From NCBI GenBank assembly GCA_963676795.2, contig CAXXTB010000002.1, positions 1,280,001 through 1,344,000 on the forward strand: 64,000 bases of DNA. Direction: 5' to 3'. Positions 23,812 through 34,663 of this stretch are shown here, piece after piece (within the stretch, counting starts at the first letter, position 1; each line of letters starts with the position of its first letter). The translations under genes were made by a program, and so were the position numbers. The notes below the pieces were generated by a model. That model did no database searches, was not told the origin of the DNA, and saw nothing but the letters and a program-made list of their open reading frames with translations. Source of the DNA: Geopsychrobacteraceae bacterium (lineage in GTDB: Bacteria; Desulfobacterota; Desulfuromonadia; Desulfuromonadales; Geopsychrobacteraceae).

Positions 23812-24449
23812 TTCAGGAGATAGGTCGAGTCAAGAAGCTTGACCGTCAGACGAATTCGGCACGGCTGACAATTGAGGCGGCCATGGTTGGTGATCAGCTG
23901 CAGATGGGTGAAAGTATCGCCGTCTCCGGCGCCTGCCTGACTGTTGTCGGATGGGACAGAGTCAGCTTTACTGTTGATGTTTCCCCTGAAACTCTCGATG
24001 TGACGACCCTGAAAGATCTGGCCCCGGGGCAGCCTGTCAATCTGGAACGGGCATTGCGTCTTGGTGATCGTCTCGGTGGCCACCTGGTCAGCGGGCATAT
24101 CGACTGCGTCGGGCGTGTTATCAAACGTTTTCAGGATGCCAATGCGGTCCGCTTCCATGTTGCTGTCCCGGATGAAGCGCTGCGCTATATCGTTGCCAAA
24201 GGGTCGGTCGCGATCGACGGGATCAGTCTGACGGTCAACGCTGTAACAGCCAGTGCCTTTGAGGTCGCAATCATCCCGCACTCACTGGAGGTGACCACGC
24301 TGCAGTTCTGCCGCGAAGGGAGTGCGGTCAATATCGAAACAGATCTGATCGGCCGCTATGTCGAGCGCCTGTTTCCCGGAGCGGAGAAGGATGGCAAGAC
24401 ATCCGGGGGCCTCAATCTCGACTTTCTTGCCAAAAATGGCTTTCTGTGA
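23796..24449 (+). CDS. ribE: Riboflavin synthase (alpha chain)
   Basis: MFTGL, VNLERAL, GGHLVSGH. Confidence 0.95.
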   Translation: MFTGLIQEIGRVKKLDRQTNSARLTIEAAMVGDQLQMGESIAVSGACLTVVGWDRVSFTVDVSPETLDVTTLKDLAPGQPVNLERALRLGDRLGGHLVSGHIDCVGRVIKRFQDANAVRFHVAVPDEALRYIVAKGSVAIDGISLTVNAVTASAFEVAIIPHSLEVTTLQFCREGSAVNIETDLIGRYVERLFPGAEKDGKTSGGLNLDFLAKNGFL

Positions 24450-24485
24450 GATAAAACGCGTTTATCGCTCTAAAGGATGAGATTG

Positions 24486-25691
24486 ATGTCCATAGAAAAG
24501 ATTGAAGCAGCACTCGAAGATATCCGTCAGGGGAAAATGGTCATCCTGGTCGATGACGAGGACCGTGAAAACGAAGGGGATCTGGTTGCCGCCGCTGAGT
24601 TGACGACTCCTGAAATTATTAATTTTATGGCCCGTTTCGGACGCGGTCTGATCTGTCTGTCGCTGACGGAAGCTCGCGCCGATGAGCTTGACCTGCCGTT
24701 GATGGTTTCGGAAAACAGTTCATCCTTCGGGACCGCATTCACCATCTCGATCGAAGCGCGGCAGGGGGTTACCACCGGAATCTCGGCAGCTGATCGTGCC
24801 CATACCATCAGGGTTGCTGTCGATGACAGCACGACGGCGCGTGACCTGGCCAGACCTGGCCATGTCTTTCCGTTGCGCGCCAAGAAGGGCGGCGTCATGG
24901 TTCGCGCCGGTCAGACCGAAGGATCGGTTGACCTTGCGCGCCTGGCTGGGCTCAAGCCGGCCGGTGTGATCTGCGAAATCATGAATGAAGACGGGACCAT
25001 GGCCCGTATGCCCCAGCTCGAAGTTTTTGCCGCGGAACACGATCTCAAGATCATCACCATCGCTGATCTGGTCGCCTACCGCATGCGCAACGAGTTGCTG
25101 GTCAGGCGTGCCGCTGATACAACTCTGCCGACGCCTTTCGGTGGTGAGTTCAGGGCCATCGTCTATGAGAACGATGTCGATAAGGCCCAGCACATCGCCT
25201 TGATCAAAGGAGACCTCGACAAGACCAGCCCGGTTCTGGTGCGTGTCCATTCCGAGTGTCTGACCGGGGATGTCTTTGGTTCGCAGCGCTGCGATTGCGG
25301 CGAACAGCTGCATGCTTCGATGGAGTTCATCTCCCGGGAAGGGAGTGGGGTCATCCTCTATATGCGTCAGGAGGGGCGTGGCATTGGTCTGGTGAATAAA
25401 ATCAAGGCGTACGCGCTGCAGGATCAGGGCTATGATACGGTCGAAGCGAATCATGCTCTGGGCTTCGCCGACGATTTGCGTGACTATGGTCTGGGTGCAC
25501 AGATTCTGGCCGATCTTGGCATCAAGAAACTGCGCCTGATGACCAACAACCCGAAAAAGATTGTCGGTCTTGAGGGTTATGGCCTGGAAATCGTTGAACG
25601 GGTTCCGATTGAAATGCCTGCTCAGACCCGGAATATCAATTATCTGAAAACCAAACGTGATAAGAGCGGCCATATACTGGAAAACCTCTAG
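24486..25691 (+). CDS. ribBA: Bifunctional DHBP synthase / GTP cyclohydrolase II
   Basis: [20 protein letters not shown]...RCDC, QEGRGIG. Confidence 0.96.
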   Translation: MSIEKIEAALEDIRQGKMVILVDDEDRENEGDLVAAAELTTPEIINFMARFGRGLICLSLTEARADELDLPLMVSENSSSFGTAFTISIEARQGVTTGISAADRAHTIRVAVDDSTTARDLARPGHVFPLRAKKGGVMVRAGQTEGSVDLARLAGLKPAGVICEIMNEDGTMARMPQLEVFAAEHDLKIITIADLVAYRMRNELLVRRAADTTLPTPFGGEFRAIVYENDVDKAQHIALIKGDLDKTSPVLVRVHSECLTGDVFGSQRCDCGEQLHASMEFISREGSGVILYMRQEGRGIGLVNKIKAYALQDQGYDTVEANHALGFADDLRDYGLGAQILADLGIKKLRLMTNNPKKIVGLEGYGLEIVERVPIEMPAQTRNINYLKTKRDKSGHILENL

Positions 25692-25715
25692 TAGTCCGTT
25701 CAAGGGAGATAGGTT

Positions 25716-26180
25716 ATGTCTGAAATGATCGAAGGACATCTTGAAGCGAAGGGCTATCGTTTTGGTATCGTAGTCAGCCGTTTCAACAGTTTTATTGTCG
25801 ACCGCCTGCTCGAAGGGGCGCTGGATACCCTGGTGCGTCACGGTGCGGATCGGGAGCAGATCACCATCGTCAAGGTGCCCGGTGCTTTCGAAATTCCGCT
25901 GGTGACCAAAAAAATGACCAATTCGGGAAAATACGACGGTGTCATCTGTCTCGGCGCGGTTATTCGTGGTGGAACTCCCCATTTCGAGTATGTCTGCTCG
26001 GAGATGACCAAGGGGATTGCCATGGCCTCTCTTGACTCCGGACTGCCGGTCGCTTTTGGTGTATTGACCACCGATACCATCGAACAGGCGATTGAGCGGG
26101 CCGGAACAAAGGCCGGCAACAAAGGGGTCGAAGCGGCCATGAGTGCCATCGAAATGGTCAACCTGCTGGGAGCGCTTTAA
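25716..26180 (+). CDS. ribH: 6,7-dimethyl-8-ribityllumazine synthase
   Basis: [24 protein letters not shown]. Confidence 0.96.
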   Translation: MSEMIEGHLEAKGYRFGIVVSRFNSFIVDRLLEGALDTLVRHGADREQITIVKVPGAFEIPLVTKKMTNSGKYDGVICLGAVIRGGTPHFEYVCSEMTKGIAMASLDSGLPVAFGVLTTDTIEQAIERAGTKAGNKGVEAAMSAIEMVNLLGAL

Positions 26181-26184
26181 GACG

Positions 26185-26658
26185 ATGTCGAACAATCGCC
26201 GCGTTGCACGCGAGTGTGCACTGAAGGTCCTTTTTGCTCACCGGTTTGATGCTGATCATGCCCCCAGATTGCTTGATGATTTCTGGAGCAGTTTCAGGTT
26301 TGCTGATGACGCTTTGGGGGAGCCGCTTGAGACGGTCGATACCCCGTTGCCCAGCGCAACCCGGATCTTCGCTGAAGAAGTGGTCAAGGGTGTCATCAGC
26401 TACCGGGCTGTGATCGATCAGAAGATCAGCGCTGTTGCCAAGAACTGGTCTTTGGAGCGGATGGCGCCGGTCGATCTGGCTATCCTGCGTATCGGCGCAT
26501 TTGAACTGCTCTACCGTGACGATGTCCCGCTTCCGGTTGTTATCAATGAAGCGGTTGAAATCGCCAAACGTTACGGGACAAAAGAATCTCCCGCATTCGT
26601 TAATGGACTGTTGGATAAAATTGCCCAGGGCGCTAAACGCCCTGATTCTAAATCCTGA
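26185..26658 (+). CDS. nusB: Transcription antitermination factor NusB
   Basis: RRVARE, WSLERM..VD.AILR, INEAVEIAK.YG, FVNGLLD. Confidence 0.94.
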   Translation: MSNNRRVARECALKVLFAHRFDADHAPRLLDDFWSSFRFADDALGEPLETVDTPLPSATRIFAEEVVKGVISYRAVIDQKISAVAKNWSLERMAPVDLAILRIGAFELLYRDDVPLPVVINEAVEIAKRYGTKESPAFVNGLLDKIAQGAKRPDSKS

Positions 26659-26671
26659 AATTGAGGTTGAT

Positions 26672-27982
26672 ATGAGTTCGTTAAAAGTTGGTCTGCTTGG
26701 GTTCGGAACGATCGGCACAGGAGTTGTGCGGGCTTTCCAGAAGAATGCTGAACTGATTGAGCGTCGTCTTGGACGTAAGCTTGAACTGGTCAAAATTGCC
26801 GATCTGGATATTACCACCGATCGTGGCGTACAGCTGGCCGATGGAGTGTTGACGACGAATGTCAATGACGTCCTGGTGAACCCGGAAATCGATATCGTTA
26901 TCGAGCTGATCGGTGGTTATGAGCCGGCCAAGAGCTTCATTCTTAAGGCCATTGAGGCCGGAAAGCACATTGTCACCGCCAACAAGGCGCTGATGGCTCT
27001 GCACGGTCAGGAGATTATAGCCGCTGCCGACAAGAATGGTGTCTCGGTCATGTTCGAGGCTGCCGTCGGTGGTGGTATCCCGGTGATCTCGGCGATTAAG
27101 GAAAACCTTTGTGTCAACCAGTTCAATACCGTTCTCGGTATTCTCAACGGCACCTGTAACTATATTCTGACCAAGATGACCGACGAGGGGAGCGACTTTG
27201 CGCCGGTCCTCAAAGAGGCGCAGCAGCTTGGCTATGCTGAAGCTGATCCGACCTTTGATGTCGAAGGGATCGATACCGCGCACAAGATTTCTCTGCTTTC
27301 GGCCCTCTGTTTCGGTACTAAGGTCGATTTCGATCAGGTTTACACCGAAGGGATCAGCAAGATCGATGCGATCGATATCAATTTTGCCACCCAGATGGGC
27401 TACAAGATCAAGCTGCTGGCGGTCGGCAAGAATCACGGCGATCAGATCGAGGTGCGTGTTCATCCGACCATGATCCCTAAAACCTATCAGCTTGCCGAGG
27501 TCGATGGCGTCTTCAATGCGGTGCGTATCAACGGCGATTTCGTCGGGCCGGCCATGTTCTACGGCCGTGGTGCCGGTATGGAAGCCACCGCCAGTGCGGT
27601 CATGGGGGATGTTATGGCGATTGCCCGAGACATCAATTCCGGTGCGAAGCTGCGGACTCCGATCCTCGGTTACTGTGCCGATGCGATTGCGGAACTGCCG
27701 ATTCGGGCAATGAGCGAGATCACCAGCCAGTATTATCTGCGTTTTACTACCGTTGATCGTCCGGGGGTCTTGTCTCAGATTGCCGGTTGTCTGGGAGAGC
27801 ACAACATCAGTATCCAGTCGATGATCCAGCCTGAATCGCACGCCAGCGACTCGGTTCCTATCGTTCTGATGACACACCAGGCTCAGGAAGCAGATGTCAA
27901 CGCGGCTCTGGCTGAGATCGACGAGCTTGACGTGGTCACCGCACCGACCCGCCTGATCCGGGTAGAAAACGAGCTGGATTGA
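26672..27982 (+). CDS. hom: Homoserine dehydrogenase with C-terminal ACT domain
   Basis: GFGTIG, EAAVGGGIP, LGYAEADP; DRPGVL ACT motif. Confidence 0.95.
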   Translation: MSSLKVGLLGFGTIGTGVVRAFQKNAELIERRLGRKLELVKIADLDITTDRGVQLADGVLTTNVNDVLVNPEIDIVIELIGGYEPAKSFILKAIEAGKHIVTANKALMALHGQEIIAAADKNGVSVMFEAAVGGGIPVISAIKENLCVNQFNTVLGILNGTCNYILTKMTDEGSDFAPVLKEAQQLGYAEADPTFDVEGIDTAHKISLLSALCFGTKVDFDQVYTEGISKIDAIDINFATQMGYKIKLLAVGKNHGDQIEVRVHPTMIPKTYQLAEVDGVFNAVRINGDFVGPAMFYGRGAGMEATASAVMGDVMAIARDINSGAKLRTPILGYCADAIAELPIRAMSEITSQYYLRFTTVDRPGVLSQIAGCLGEHNISIQSMIQPESHASDSVPIVLMTHQAQEADVNAALAEIDELDVVTAPTRLIRVENELD

Positions 27983-28001
27983 TCCGGTCCCTAGCTATGA
28001 A

Positions 28002-28037
28002 GCACAAAAAAAGAGGCGAACGCCTCTTTTTTTGTGC
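28002..28037. terminator. Bidirectional terminator
   Basis: Perfect palindrome GCACAAAAAAAGAGGCG-AA-CGCCTCTTTTTTTGTGC between convergent genes. Confidence 0.85.
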
Positions 28038-28054
28038 CCGGAAATACTCCATGA

Positions 28055-29920
28055 TCAGCTGGTCGAAATCTCAGGTTCGACGATATAGCGTTTGATCTTT
28101 CTGGTCGTTGTCTTGGGAAATTCGTCTTCGCGTAGGGTGAATTTCTTGACCCGTTTGTAATCTGCCAGGTTTTTGCCAAAACTGAGAATCTCGTTGCGGA
28201 TCAACGCTTCAATCTGGGCCGCAGAGAGGTGGCCGATGTTGTTCTCCTTGGCGTAATTGAAGAGGGCTTCCTGGTCGGGGAAGACGACAGCGTAGACCTC
28301 TTCGGCGGTAGCGCTGAGCTTGTGGCCGTAAACCATGATTTCACAGATGTACGGACTCTTGAGAAGCTCGTTTTCAATCTCTTCCGGGTAGACGTTCTTA
28401 CCGTTTGGGGTAACGATCAGGTTTTTGACCCGGCCGCAGATCACCAGCATGCCGTCTGTGTCGATCCGCCCGAGGTCTCCGGTGTGATACCAGCCATCGA
28501 TCAGCGCATCACGCGTCTCCTCGGGATTGTTGTAGTAGCCGAGCATGACATTGGGGCCCTTGACGACGATTTCCCCTTCACCGTCTTTATTCGGATTCGC
28601 TATCTTTATTTCAACATCAGGCAGCGGAAGGCCGACCGTCCCGGCTTTGGTTCTGTGTGGTTGCTCGGCGGCGATGACCGGTGCGGTTTCAGTAATGCCA
28701 TAGCCCTGTATAATGTTGAGTCCCAGGTTTCTGAAGCCGGTGGCAATTTCCGGGTCAAGGGCCGCTCCTCCGCTGGCAAAAGTGGTGTTCTTGCCAAGGA
28801 TCTGCTGAATTTTTCCGGTCACGAGTTTGCGGGTCGGGGCAAATTTGTAGAGCAATCTTGAAGACGGTTTTGTTTCGATATTTTTCATGATCCGGGCCAG
28901 CAGCATCTGGTAGACGGCCGGTACGGCAAGCAGAAAGGTCGGCTTGATCTCGTTGAGATTGTCGCCAAGTTTCTTGATCGATTCGGCAAAGGTGACGGTC
29001 CCGCCCAGGGAGAGCGGCAGGAGGACACCGCAGACCTGCTCAAAGACATGGTTGATCGGCAGGAAGGAGAGGGTCGAGATCGTGCCGTCGAGATTGATGT
29101 GCTGTCTGACCCCGTCGAGGTTGCTGACGATATTGCGATGACTCAGCATTGCCCCTTTGGAGCGCCCGGTTGTTCCCGACGTATAGAGAATAATGGCACA
29201 ATCGTCGGCGCTGCGTCGCGACGGGGGAAGTGGGTTGCTCTCGGAAATATCCCTGAAGGCGAAGAGGCGCTTTTCCTGTAACAGTTTGCGGCGGGTCAGT
29301 TCTGTGCCGGCCAGCAGATTATACTTTTGCTGCTTGTCCTTCTGCTTCTGCTGTTGTTTTGACAGCAGTTTGAGCGTTTCGTTGGCACAGTCCTCAATCT
29401 CCAGGGTGCGTTCTTCGGGGATCTTCAGATCGACGACCAGCTCGCGCCAGAGGCCGGAAAGTTTGGCGACAAGTACAGCAACTTCATCCCTGTCCAGGGC
29501 TTCCGGCAGGGGAGAGTCGAGGAGGATGATTTTCTCCAGCAATGGCAGGTCGTCAATGACTTCGAGCAGGGTTTCAAACTGAGGTTGTGCAACCAGCACT
29601 GCCTGGGCATCCGAGTCATCGAGAATATGACGCAGTTCAGTCGCTTTAAGCTCCTTGTCGATCGGCAGAACGATGCCGTCAGCGCGCAGAATCGCCAGAT
29701 AGGCGATGACCCAGCGTGTCGAGGATGGTCCGATCAGGGCAACGTGCATATTTTCCTTGATACCGAGCTGGCGCAGGCCGGCGGCTAATTTTTCGACGAT
29801 CTCCCAGAGTCTGGCGTAGCTCAGTGGCTTCCAGGCTCCGTCGGATTTGTACTGCATGGCGATCTTGTTCGGGAACTTTTTGCAGCTTGCTTCGATGATC
29901 TGCGGAATGGTCTGCGCCAA
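28055..29920 (-). CDS. Long-chain acyl-CoA synthetase (AMP-binding) with internal insertion
   Basis: YTSGTTGRSKG, QGYGITET, TGDLG, GRVKNLIV; likely TTG start at 29920 after AGGAG. Confidence 0.88.
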   Translation of the reverse strand: MAQTIPQIIEASCKKFPNKIAMQYKSDGAWKPLSYARLWEIVEKLAAGLRQLGIKENMHVALIGPSSTRWVIAYLAILRADGIVLPIDKELKATELRHILDDSDAQAVLVAQPQFETLLEVIDDLPLLEKIILLDSPLPEALDRDEVAVLVAKLSGLWRELVVDLKIPEERTLEIEDCANETLKLLSKQQQKQKDKQQKYNLLAGTELTRRKLLQEKRLFAFRDISESNPLPPSRRSADDCAIILYTSGTTGRSKGAMLSHRNIVSNLDGVRQHINLDGTISTLSFLPINHVFEQVCGVLLPLSLGGTVTFAESIKKLGDNLNEIKPTFLLAVPAVYQMLLARIMKNIETKPSSRLLYKFAPTRKLVTGKIQQILGKNTTFASGGAALDPEIATGFRNLGLNIIQGYGITETAPVIAAEQPHRTKAGTVGLPLPDVEIKIANPNKDGEGEIVVKGPNVMLGYYNNPEETRDALIDGWYHTGDLGRIDTDGMLVICGRVKNLIVTPNGKNVYPEEIENELLKSPYICEIMVYGHKLSATAEEVYAVVFPDQEALFNYAKENNIGHLSAAQIEALIRNEILSFGKNLADYKRVKKFTLREDEFPKTTTRKIKRYIVEPEISTS

Positions 29921-30125
29921 TTGATTGCTCCTTCGCAATTTAATGCATTTGGCTCTATTGCTTTTGTCCATAAAGGGTGGTTTACTCTAGCTTTGTCCTC
30001 TGTTTCAGGCAAGCTTGAAATGAATCGTTTCGATGGCACTGTTTTTTTCTGGAAAATGAACTAAGTCCAGAAAATGACTTGACAGAATTCGGGGCGATTT
30101 GATACAAGAAACGCCGGTTGGTTGC

Positions 30126-30200
<75 letters not shown>

Positions 30201-30233
30201 TAACCGGCACCTGAAATCACCGTACTGACGTAG

Positions 30234-30260
30234 AGGCATCTGACATGGATGCCTTTTTTT
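30234..30260 (+). terminator. Intrinsic terminator after tRNA-Val
   Basis: AGGCATC-TGACATG-GATGCCT followed by a T run. Confidence 0.7.
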
Positions 30261-30277
30261 GTTTGATGGAGCTCGAA

Positions 30278-32194
30278 ATGGGATTATTGCAGATTGTATT
30301 ACCTGATGGGGCATGTAAAGAAGTCGAGTCCGGCTCTACTCCTTACGATGTCGCTATGACGATCAGCGAAGGCTTGGCGCGTCAGGCGCTTGCCGCGCGT
30401 ATTGATGGTGAGCTGGTCGATGTGACCCGTCCGCTTGAGCGTTCCGGCAAGCTCGATCTGATTACCTCCCGTTCTCCGGAGGCGCTTGAGATTGTCCGTC
30501 ACTCCTGTGCTCACCTGATGGCTCAGGCCGTCAAGGAGCTCTATGGCGATGAGGTTCAGGTGACTATCGGTCCTGCCATCAAGGACGGTTTCTATTACGA
30601 TTTTTACAGCGCGACCAAGAAGTTCGTTCCTGAGGATTTTCCAGTTATTGAAAAGAAGATGCAGGAGCTGGCTAACGCCAAGCTGGCGATCAGCCGTGAG
30701 GTCATGTCGCGCCAGGATGCCATTGAGCTGTTCCGTGGCATGGGAGAGGCTTACAAGGTTGAGCTGATCGAAAGCCTCGATCAGGAGACTGTCTCTCTCT
30801 ACCGCCAGGGCGATTTTGTTGACCTCTGTCGGGGGCCTCACGTCCCGAATACCGGAATTTTCAAGGCCTTCAAGCTGACCAGTCTGGCCGGGGCTTACTG
30901 GCGTGGTGACGAAAAGAACGCCATGCTGCAGCGTATCTACGCTACTGCTTTTCTCGATAAGAAAGAGCTCAAGGCTCATCTTGAGCGCCTTGAGGAAGCA
31001 AGAAAGCGCGATCATCGCAAGCTTGGCCGTGAGCTGGATCTCTTTTCCTTCAGTGAAGAGGCCGGCGGCGGGCTGGTGCTCTGGCACCCGAAAGGGGCCA
31101 TGCTGCGGACCGTCATCGAGGACTTTGAGCGTAAGGAGCATCTCAGGCGCGGCTACGAGATTGTCGTTGGCCCGCAGATTCTCAAGACAGACCTGTGGAA
31201 GATGTCCGGTCATTACGAGAACTATCGCGAAAATATGTACTTCACCGAGGTCGATGGGCAGAGCTACGGTGTCAAACCGATGAACTGTCTGGCTCATATG
31301 CTGATCTATAAGTCAAAGCCGCGCTCTTATCGCAATCTGCCGGTGCGGTTCTTTGAGCTGGGTACCGTTCACCGTCACGAGAAGTCGGGCGTTCTGCACG
31401 GCTTATTGCGCGTCCGCGGTTTTACCCAGGATGATGCTCACATCATTTGCCGTCCGGACCAGATCGATTCCGAGGTCAAGGCGATCATGGCCTTTGTCCA
31501 GGATGTCGCAGGTATCTTTGGTTTTGAGTACACCATGGAGCTCTCAACCCGCCCGGAAAAATCGATCGGCAGTGACGAGGACTGGGAGCGTGCGACCAGT
31601 GCCTTGCGCAGCGCCCTTGAAGGGAGCGGCCAGGAATATGAGATCAATGAGGGCGATGGCGCTTTTTATGGGCCAAAGATCGATGTTAAGCTGAAGGACG
31701 CGCTTGACAGAGAGTGGCAGTGTGCTACAATCCAGTGCGATTTTACCCTGCCGGAGCGCTTTGATCTGACATATGTCGGTGCCGATGGTGAAAAACATCG
31801 CCCGGTTATGCTGCACCGGGTTATCCTCGGTTCGATTGAACGTTTTATTGGTGTTCTGATTGAACACTACGCGGGTGCTTTCCCTCTCTGGCTGTCGCCG
31901 GTCCAGGCGGTGGTATTAAACGTCACCGACAACCAGGCTGATTATGCGCAACAGGTCTTTGAGCAGTTGCGTGCTGCCGGTGTTCGCGTAGAGCTGGATC
32001 TGCGTAATGAGAAGCTCGGCTTCAAAATTCGTGAAGCTCAGGTTGCCAAGACTCCGTACATGCTGGTTATCGGTGATAACGAGATGGCACAGGGGACTGT
32101 GGCCCCGCGTTTCCGTGACGGAACGAATCTGAATGCGATGTCGGTAGACGAATTTGTCGCATTCATCAAGGCTGATACAGCCGCTTATAAATAA
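30278..32194 (+). CDS. thrS: Threonine--tRNA ligase
   Basis: [35 protein letters not shown]. Confidence 0.97.
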   Translation: MGLLQIVLPDGACKEVESGSTPYDVAMTISEGLARQALAARIDGELVDVTRPLERSGKLDLITSRSPEALEIVRHSCAHLMAQAVKELYGDEVQVTIGPAIKDGFYYDFYSATKKFVPEDFPVIEKKMQELANAKLAISREVMSRQDAIELFRGMGEAYKVELIESLDQETVSLYRQGDFVDLCRGPHVPNTGIFKAFKLTSLAGAYWRGDEKNAMLQRIYATAFLDKKELKAHLERLEEARKRDHRKLGRELDLFSFSEEAGGGLVLWHPKGAMLRTVIEDFERKEHLRRGYEIVVGPQILKTDLWKMSGHYENYRENMYFTEVDGQSYGVKPMNCLAHMLIYKSKPRSYRNLPVRFFELGTVHRHEKSGVLHGLLRVRGFTQDDAHIICRPDQIDSEVKAIMAFVQDVAGIFGFEYTMELSTRPEKSIGSDEDWERATSALRSALEGSGQEYEINEGDGAFYGPKIDVKLKDALDREWQCATIQCDFTLPERFDLTYVGADGEKHRPVMLHRVILGSIERFIGVLIEHYAGAFPLWLSPVQAVVLNVTDNQADYAQQVFEQLRAAGVRVELDLRNEKLGFKIREAQVAKTPYMLVIGDNEMAQGTVAPRFRDGTNLNAMSVDEFVAFIKADTAAYK

Positions 32195-32261
32195 TCCACC
32201 TGTGGATATTGGGTCCTCAGGGTGGCTACAGTTACTGTTATTCTTCAAGAGGAGATGAGTC

Positions 32262-32771
32262 ATAGCTAAGGAAGCGAACATCAATGATGCGATCACCGCT
32301 CGTCAAGTCCGGGTTGTCGACGATGAGGGTGGTCAGTTGGGCGTTCTGGCAATCGATCAGGCACTGAGCCTTGCCGAAGAACATGGTCTCGATCTTGTCG
32401 AAGTTTCTCCGAATTCCGAACCACCGGTCTGTCGGATCATGGACTACGGCAAATATAAGTATCAGCAGGCAAAACGTGCTTCCGAGGCGAAGAAGAAGCA
32501 GGTTAAGGTCGAGATCAAGGAAGTAAAAATGCGCCCTAAAACCGAGGAGCACGACTTCCTGTTCAAGATGAAACACGCTCGCCGTTTTCTTGAAGAAGGT
32601 AACAAGGTCAAGCTGACCATCATGTTCCGTGGCCGTGAAAATGCTCACCCTGAACAGGGAATGCAGCAGCTTGAGAAGGCCATCGAGGCCCTCAAGGATA
32701 TCGGTCAGGTGGAAGCCCAGCCATCCAAAATGGGTCGTTTTATGACCATGATGGTTGGTCCCAAGAAGTGA
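32262..32771 (+). CDS. infC: Translation initiation factor IF-3 (non-canonical ATA start inferred)
   Basis: Frame extends upstream of the ORF call: ATA GCT AAG GAA...([20 protein letters not shown]) after [27 protein letters not shown]. Confidence 0.92.
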   Translation: MAKEANINDAITARQVRVVDDEGGQLGVLAIDQALSLAEEHGLDLVEVSPNSEPPVCRIMDYGKYKYQQAKRASEAKKKQVKVEIKEVKMRPKTEEHDFLFKMKHARRFLEEGNKVKLTIMFRGRENAHPEQGMQQLEKAIEALKDIGQVEAQPSKMGRFMTMMVGPKK

Positions 32772-32817
32772 ACCGGGTAACCGGAGACTGAATACAAAAG
32801 ACATTAGGAGAATATCA

Positions 32818-33015
32818 ATGCCAAAGATCAAGACCAATCGCGGTGCGGCCAAGCGTTTTCGCAAGACCGGAACCGGGAAAATCCGTCGGAACAAGGCTTT
32901 CACCAGCCACATTCTGACCAAGAAAACAACCAAGCGTAAACGTGACCTGCGTCAGGGCGCGATTGTCGCTAAAGTGGATGAGCGCAATATTCTGCAGTTG
33001 ATCCCTTACCTGTAA
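32818..33015 (+). CDS. rpmI: 50S ribosomal protein L35
   Basis: [18 protein letters not shown]. Confidence 0.97.
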   Translation: MPKIKTNRGAAKRFRKTGTGKIRRNKAFTSHILTKKTTKRKRDLRQGAIVAKVDERNILQLIPYL

Positions 33016-33122
33016 GATTTGCCTGGTTGGCAAATGAGGTTGTGAACTGTGGGGACCTATCTCCCCCTGCAGATCCGACCACGGCATAAGCCGAAACAAC
33101 AACACACGAAGGAGCAAGAGAG
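33016..33122 (+). ncRNA. Candidate structured L20 ribosomal leader
   Basis: 107-nt spacer with three hairpins upstream of rplT. Confidence 0.4.
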
Positions 33123-33479
33123 ATGCCAAGAGTAAAAAGAGGCTTTAAAGCCAGACGTCGTCGTAATAAAGTATTGAAGTTAGCCAAAGGCTACCGTGGT
33201 GCGAGAAGCAAGTTATTCCGCTCAGCAACTGAAGCGGTTGATCGTGCACTCAACTACGCATATCGTGACCGTCGCGTCAAAAAACGTGATTTTCGCGCTC
33301 TGTGGATTGCCAGAATTAACGCCGCTGCGCGTGAAAATGGCGTGTCCTACAGCCGTCTGATCCATGGCCTGAAAAAAGCCGAAGTTGCACTGGATCGTAA
33401 GATTATGGCTGAACTGGCTGTTAATGATCCAGCTGGTTTTACCGCTGTCGTCGATACCGCTAAAGCGCAACTGCAATAG
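33123..33479 (+). CDS. rplT: 50S ribosomal protein L20
   Basis: MPRVKRG...AKGYRG...[12 protein letters not shown]. Confidence 0.97.
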   Translation: MPRVKRGFKARRRRNKVLKLAKGYRGARSKLFRSATEAVDRALNYAYRDRRVKKRDFRALWIARINAAARENGVSYSRLIHGLKKAEVALDRKIMAELAVNDPAGFTAVVDTAKAQLQ

Positions 33480-33496
33480 TCTGTATTCAGTACCAC

Positions 33497-33534
33497 GGGG
33501 GAGATGAGGTCACAGGCTTTGTCTCCCTTTCTTT
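33497..33534 (+). terminator. Terminator after rplT
   Basis: GGGGGAGATGAG...CTTTGTCTCCCTTTCTTT. Confidence 0.55.
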
Positions 33535-33625
33535 ATCCGGTTCACTCCTAATACAATCTTAATTCGTTTCTGATGACATGTAACCGCTCCGTATATGGAG
33601 CGGTGAGTTCATAGCGGAAAGATCA

Positions 33626-34642
33626 ATGAAAGAAAAAATTCAACAGCTGCAGAGGGATGCGCTGGCGACCCTGCAAAATGCTGCGTCCCTGAAGGAGCTT
33701 CAGGATGTTCGGGTTACCATCCTGGGCAAAAAGAGCACTCTGACAGAGATCATGAAGGGGATGCGTGACCTTTCCCCCGAGGAACGTCCACAGATCGGCA
33801 GTCTGGTCAATTCCTTCAAGGAAGAATTCGAGCGCAGTTTTGCTGAACGTCAACGGCTGCTGCAGCAGGAAGCGATAGCAGTGAAGCTCGCTTCGGAAAA
33901 AATCGACGTGACCCTGCCGGGCAGATGTTCAGCCCGGGGCAGTCTGCATCCAGTGACACTGGTTACCGAAGAGATTTCCGACATCTTCTCGCGCCTCGGC
34001 TTTTCAGTTGAGGAAGGTCCTGAGATTGAGCAGGACTTCTACAATTTTGAAGCATTGAATATTCCGAAGGATCATCCGGCCCGTGACATGCAGGATACCT
34101 TTTATATCAGTGATGATCTGGTGCTGAGAACCCATACCTCTCCGGTTCAGATCCGGACTATGCTCAAGTCTCCGCCGCCGGTCAGGATTATCGCTCCGGG
34201 CACCGTTTATCGGCGTGATTCCGACCTGACCCACAGCCCGATGTTTCATCAGATCGAAGGTTTCCTGGTTGATGAGAATGTCACTTTCGGTGATCTGAAA
34301 GGGATTCTGACCCACTTTCTCAATGAATTTTTTGGCGAGGGTTTAAGCGTTCGTTTCCGCCCGTCTTTCTTTCCCTTTACCGAACCGAGTGCCGAGGTTG
34401 ATATTGCCTGTGTGATCTGCGGTGGCAAGGGCTGCCGGGTTTGCAGTAATACCGGTTGGCTGGAAATCCTCGGCTGCGGCATGATCGATCCTGCTGTTTT
34501 CGCCTCGGTGAATTACGACAGTGAAAAGTATTCCGGTTTTGCCTTCGGCATGGGACTTGAGAGGATTGCCATGCTGAAATACGGGGTCAACGATCTGCGA
34601 CTGTTTTTCGAAAACGATCTGCGTTTTCTTAAGCAATTTTGA
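33626..34642 (+). CDS. pheS: Phenylalanine--tRNA ligase alpha subunit
   Basis: [32 protein letters not shown]. Confidence 0.97.
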   Translation: MKEKIQQLQRDALATLQNAASLKELQDVRVTILGKKSTLTEIMKGMRDLSPEERPQIGSLVNSFKEEFERSFAERQRLLQQEAIAVKLASEKIDVTLPGRCSARGSLHPVTLVTEEISDIFSRLGFSVEEGPEIEQDFYNFEALNIPKDHPARDMQDTFYISDDLVLRTHTSPVQIRTMLKSPPPVRIIAPGTVYRRDSDLTHSPMFHQIEGFLVDENVTFGDLKGILTHFLNEFFGEGLSVRFRPSFFPFTEPSAEVDIACVICGGKGCRVCSNTGWLEILGCGMIDPAVFASVNYDSEKYSGFAFGMGLERIAMLKYGVNDLRLFFENDLRFLKQF

Positions 34643-34663
34643 CGGGTATAGGGTCTTCAAATC

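Noticed and set aside
33480..33625. Phe-rich leader peptide or T-box upstream of pheS
   Set aside because: No Phe-codon-rich ORF or T-box consensus; spacer too short
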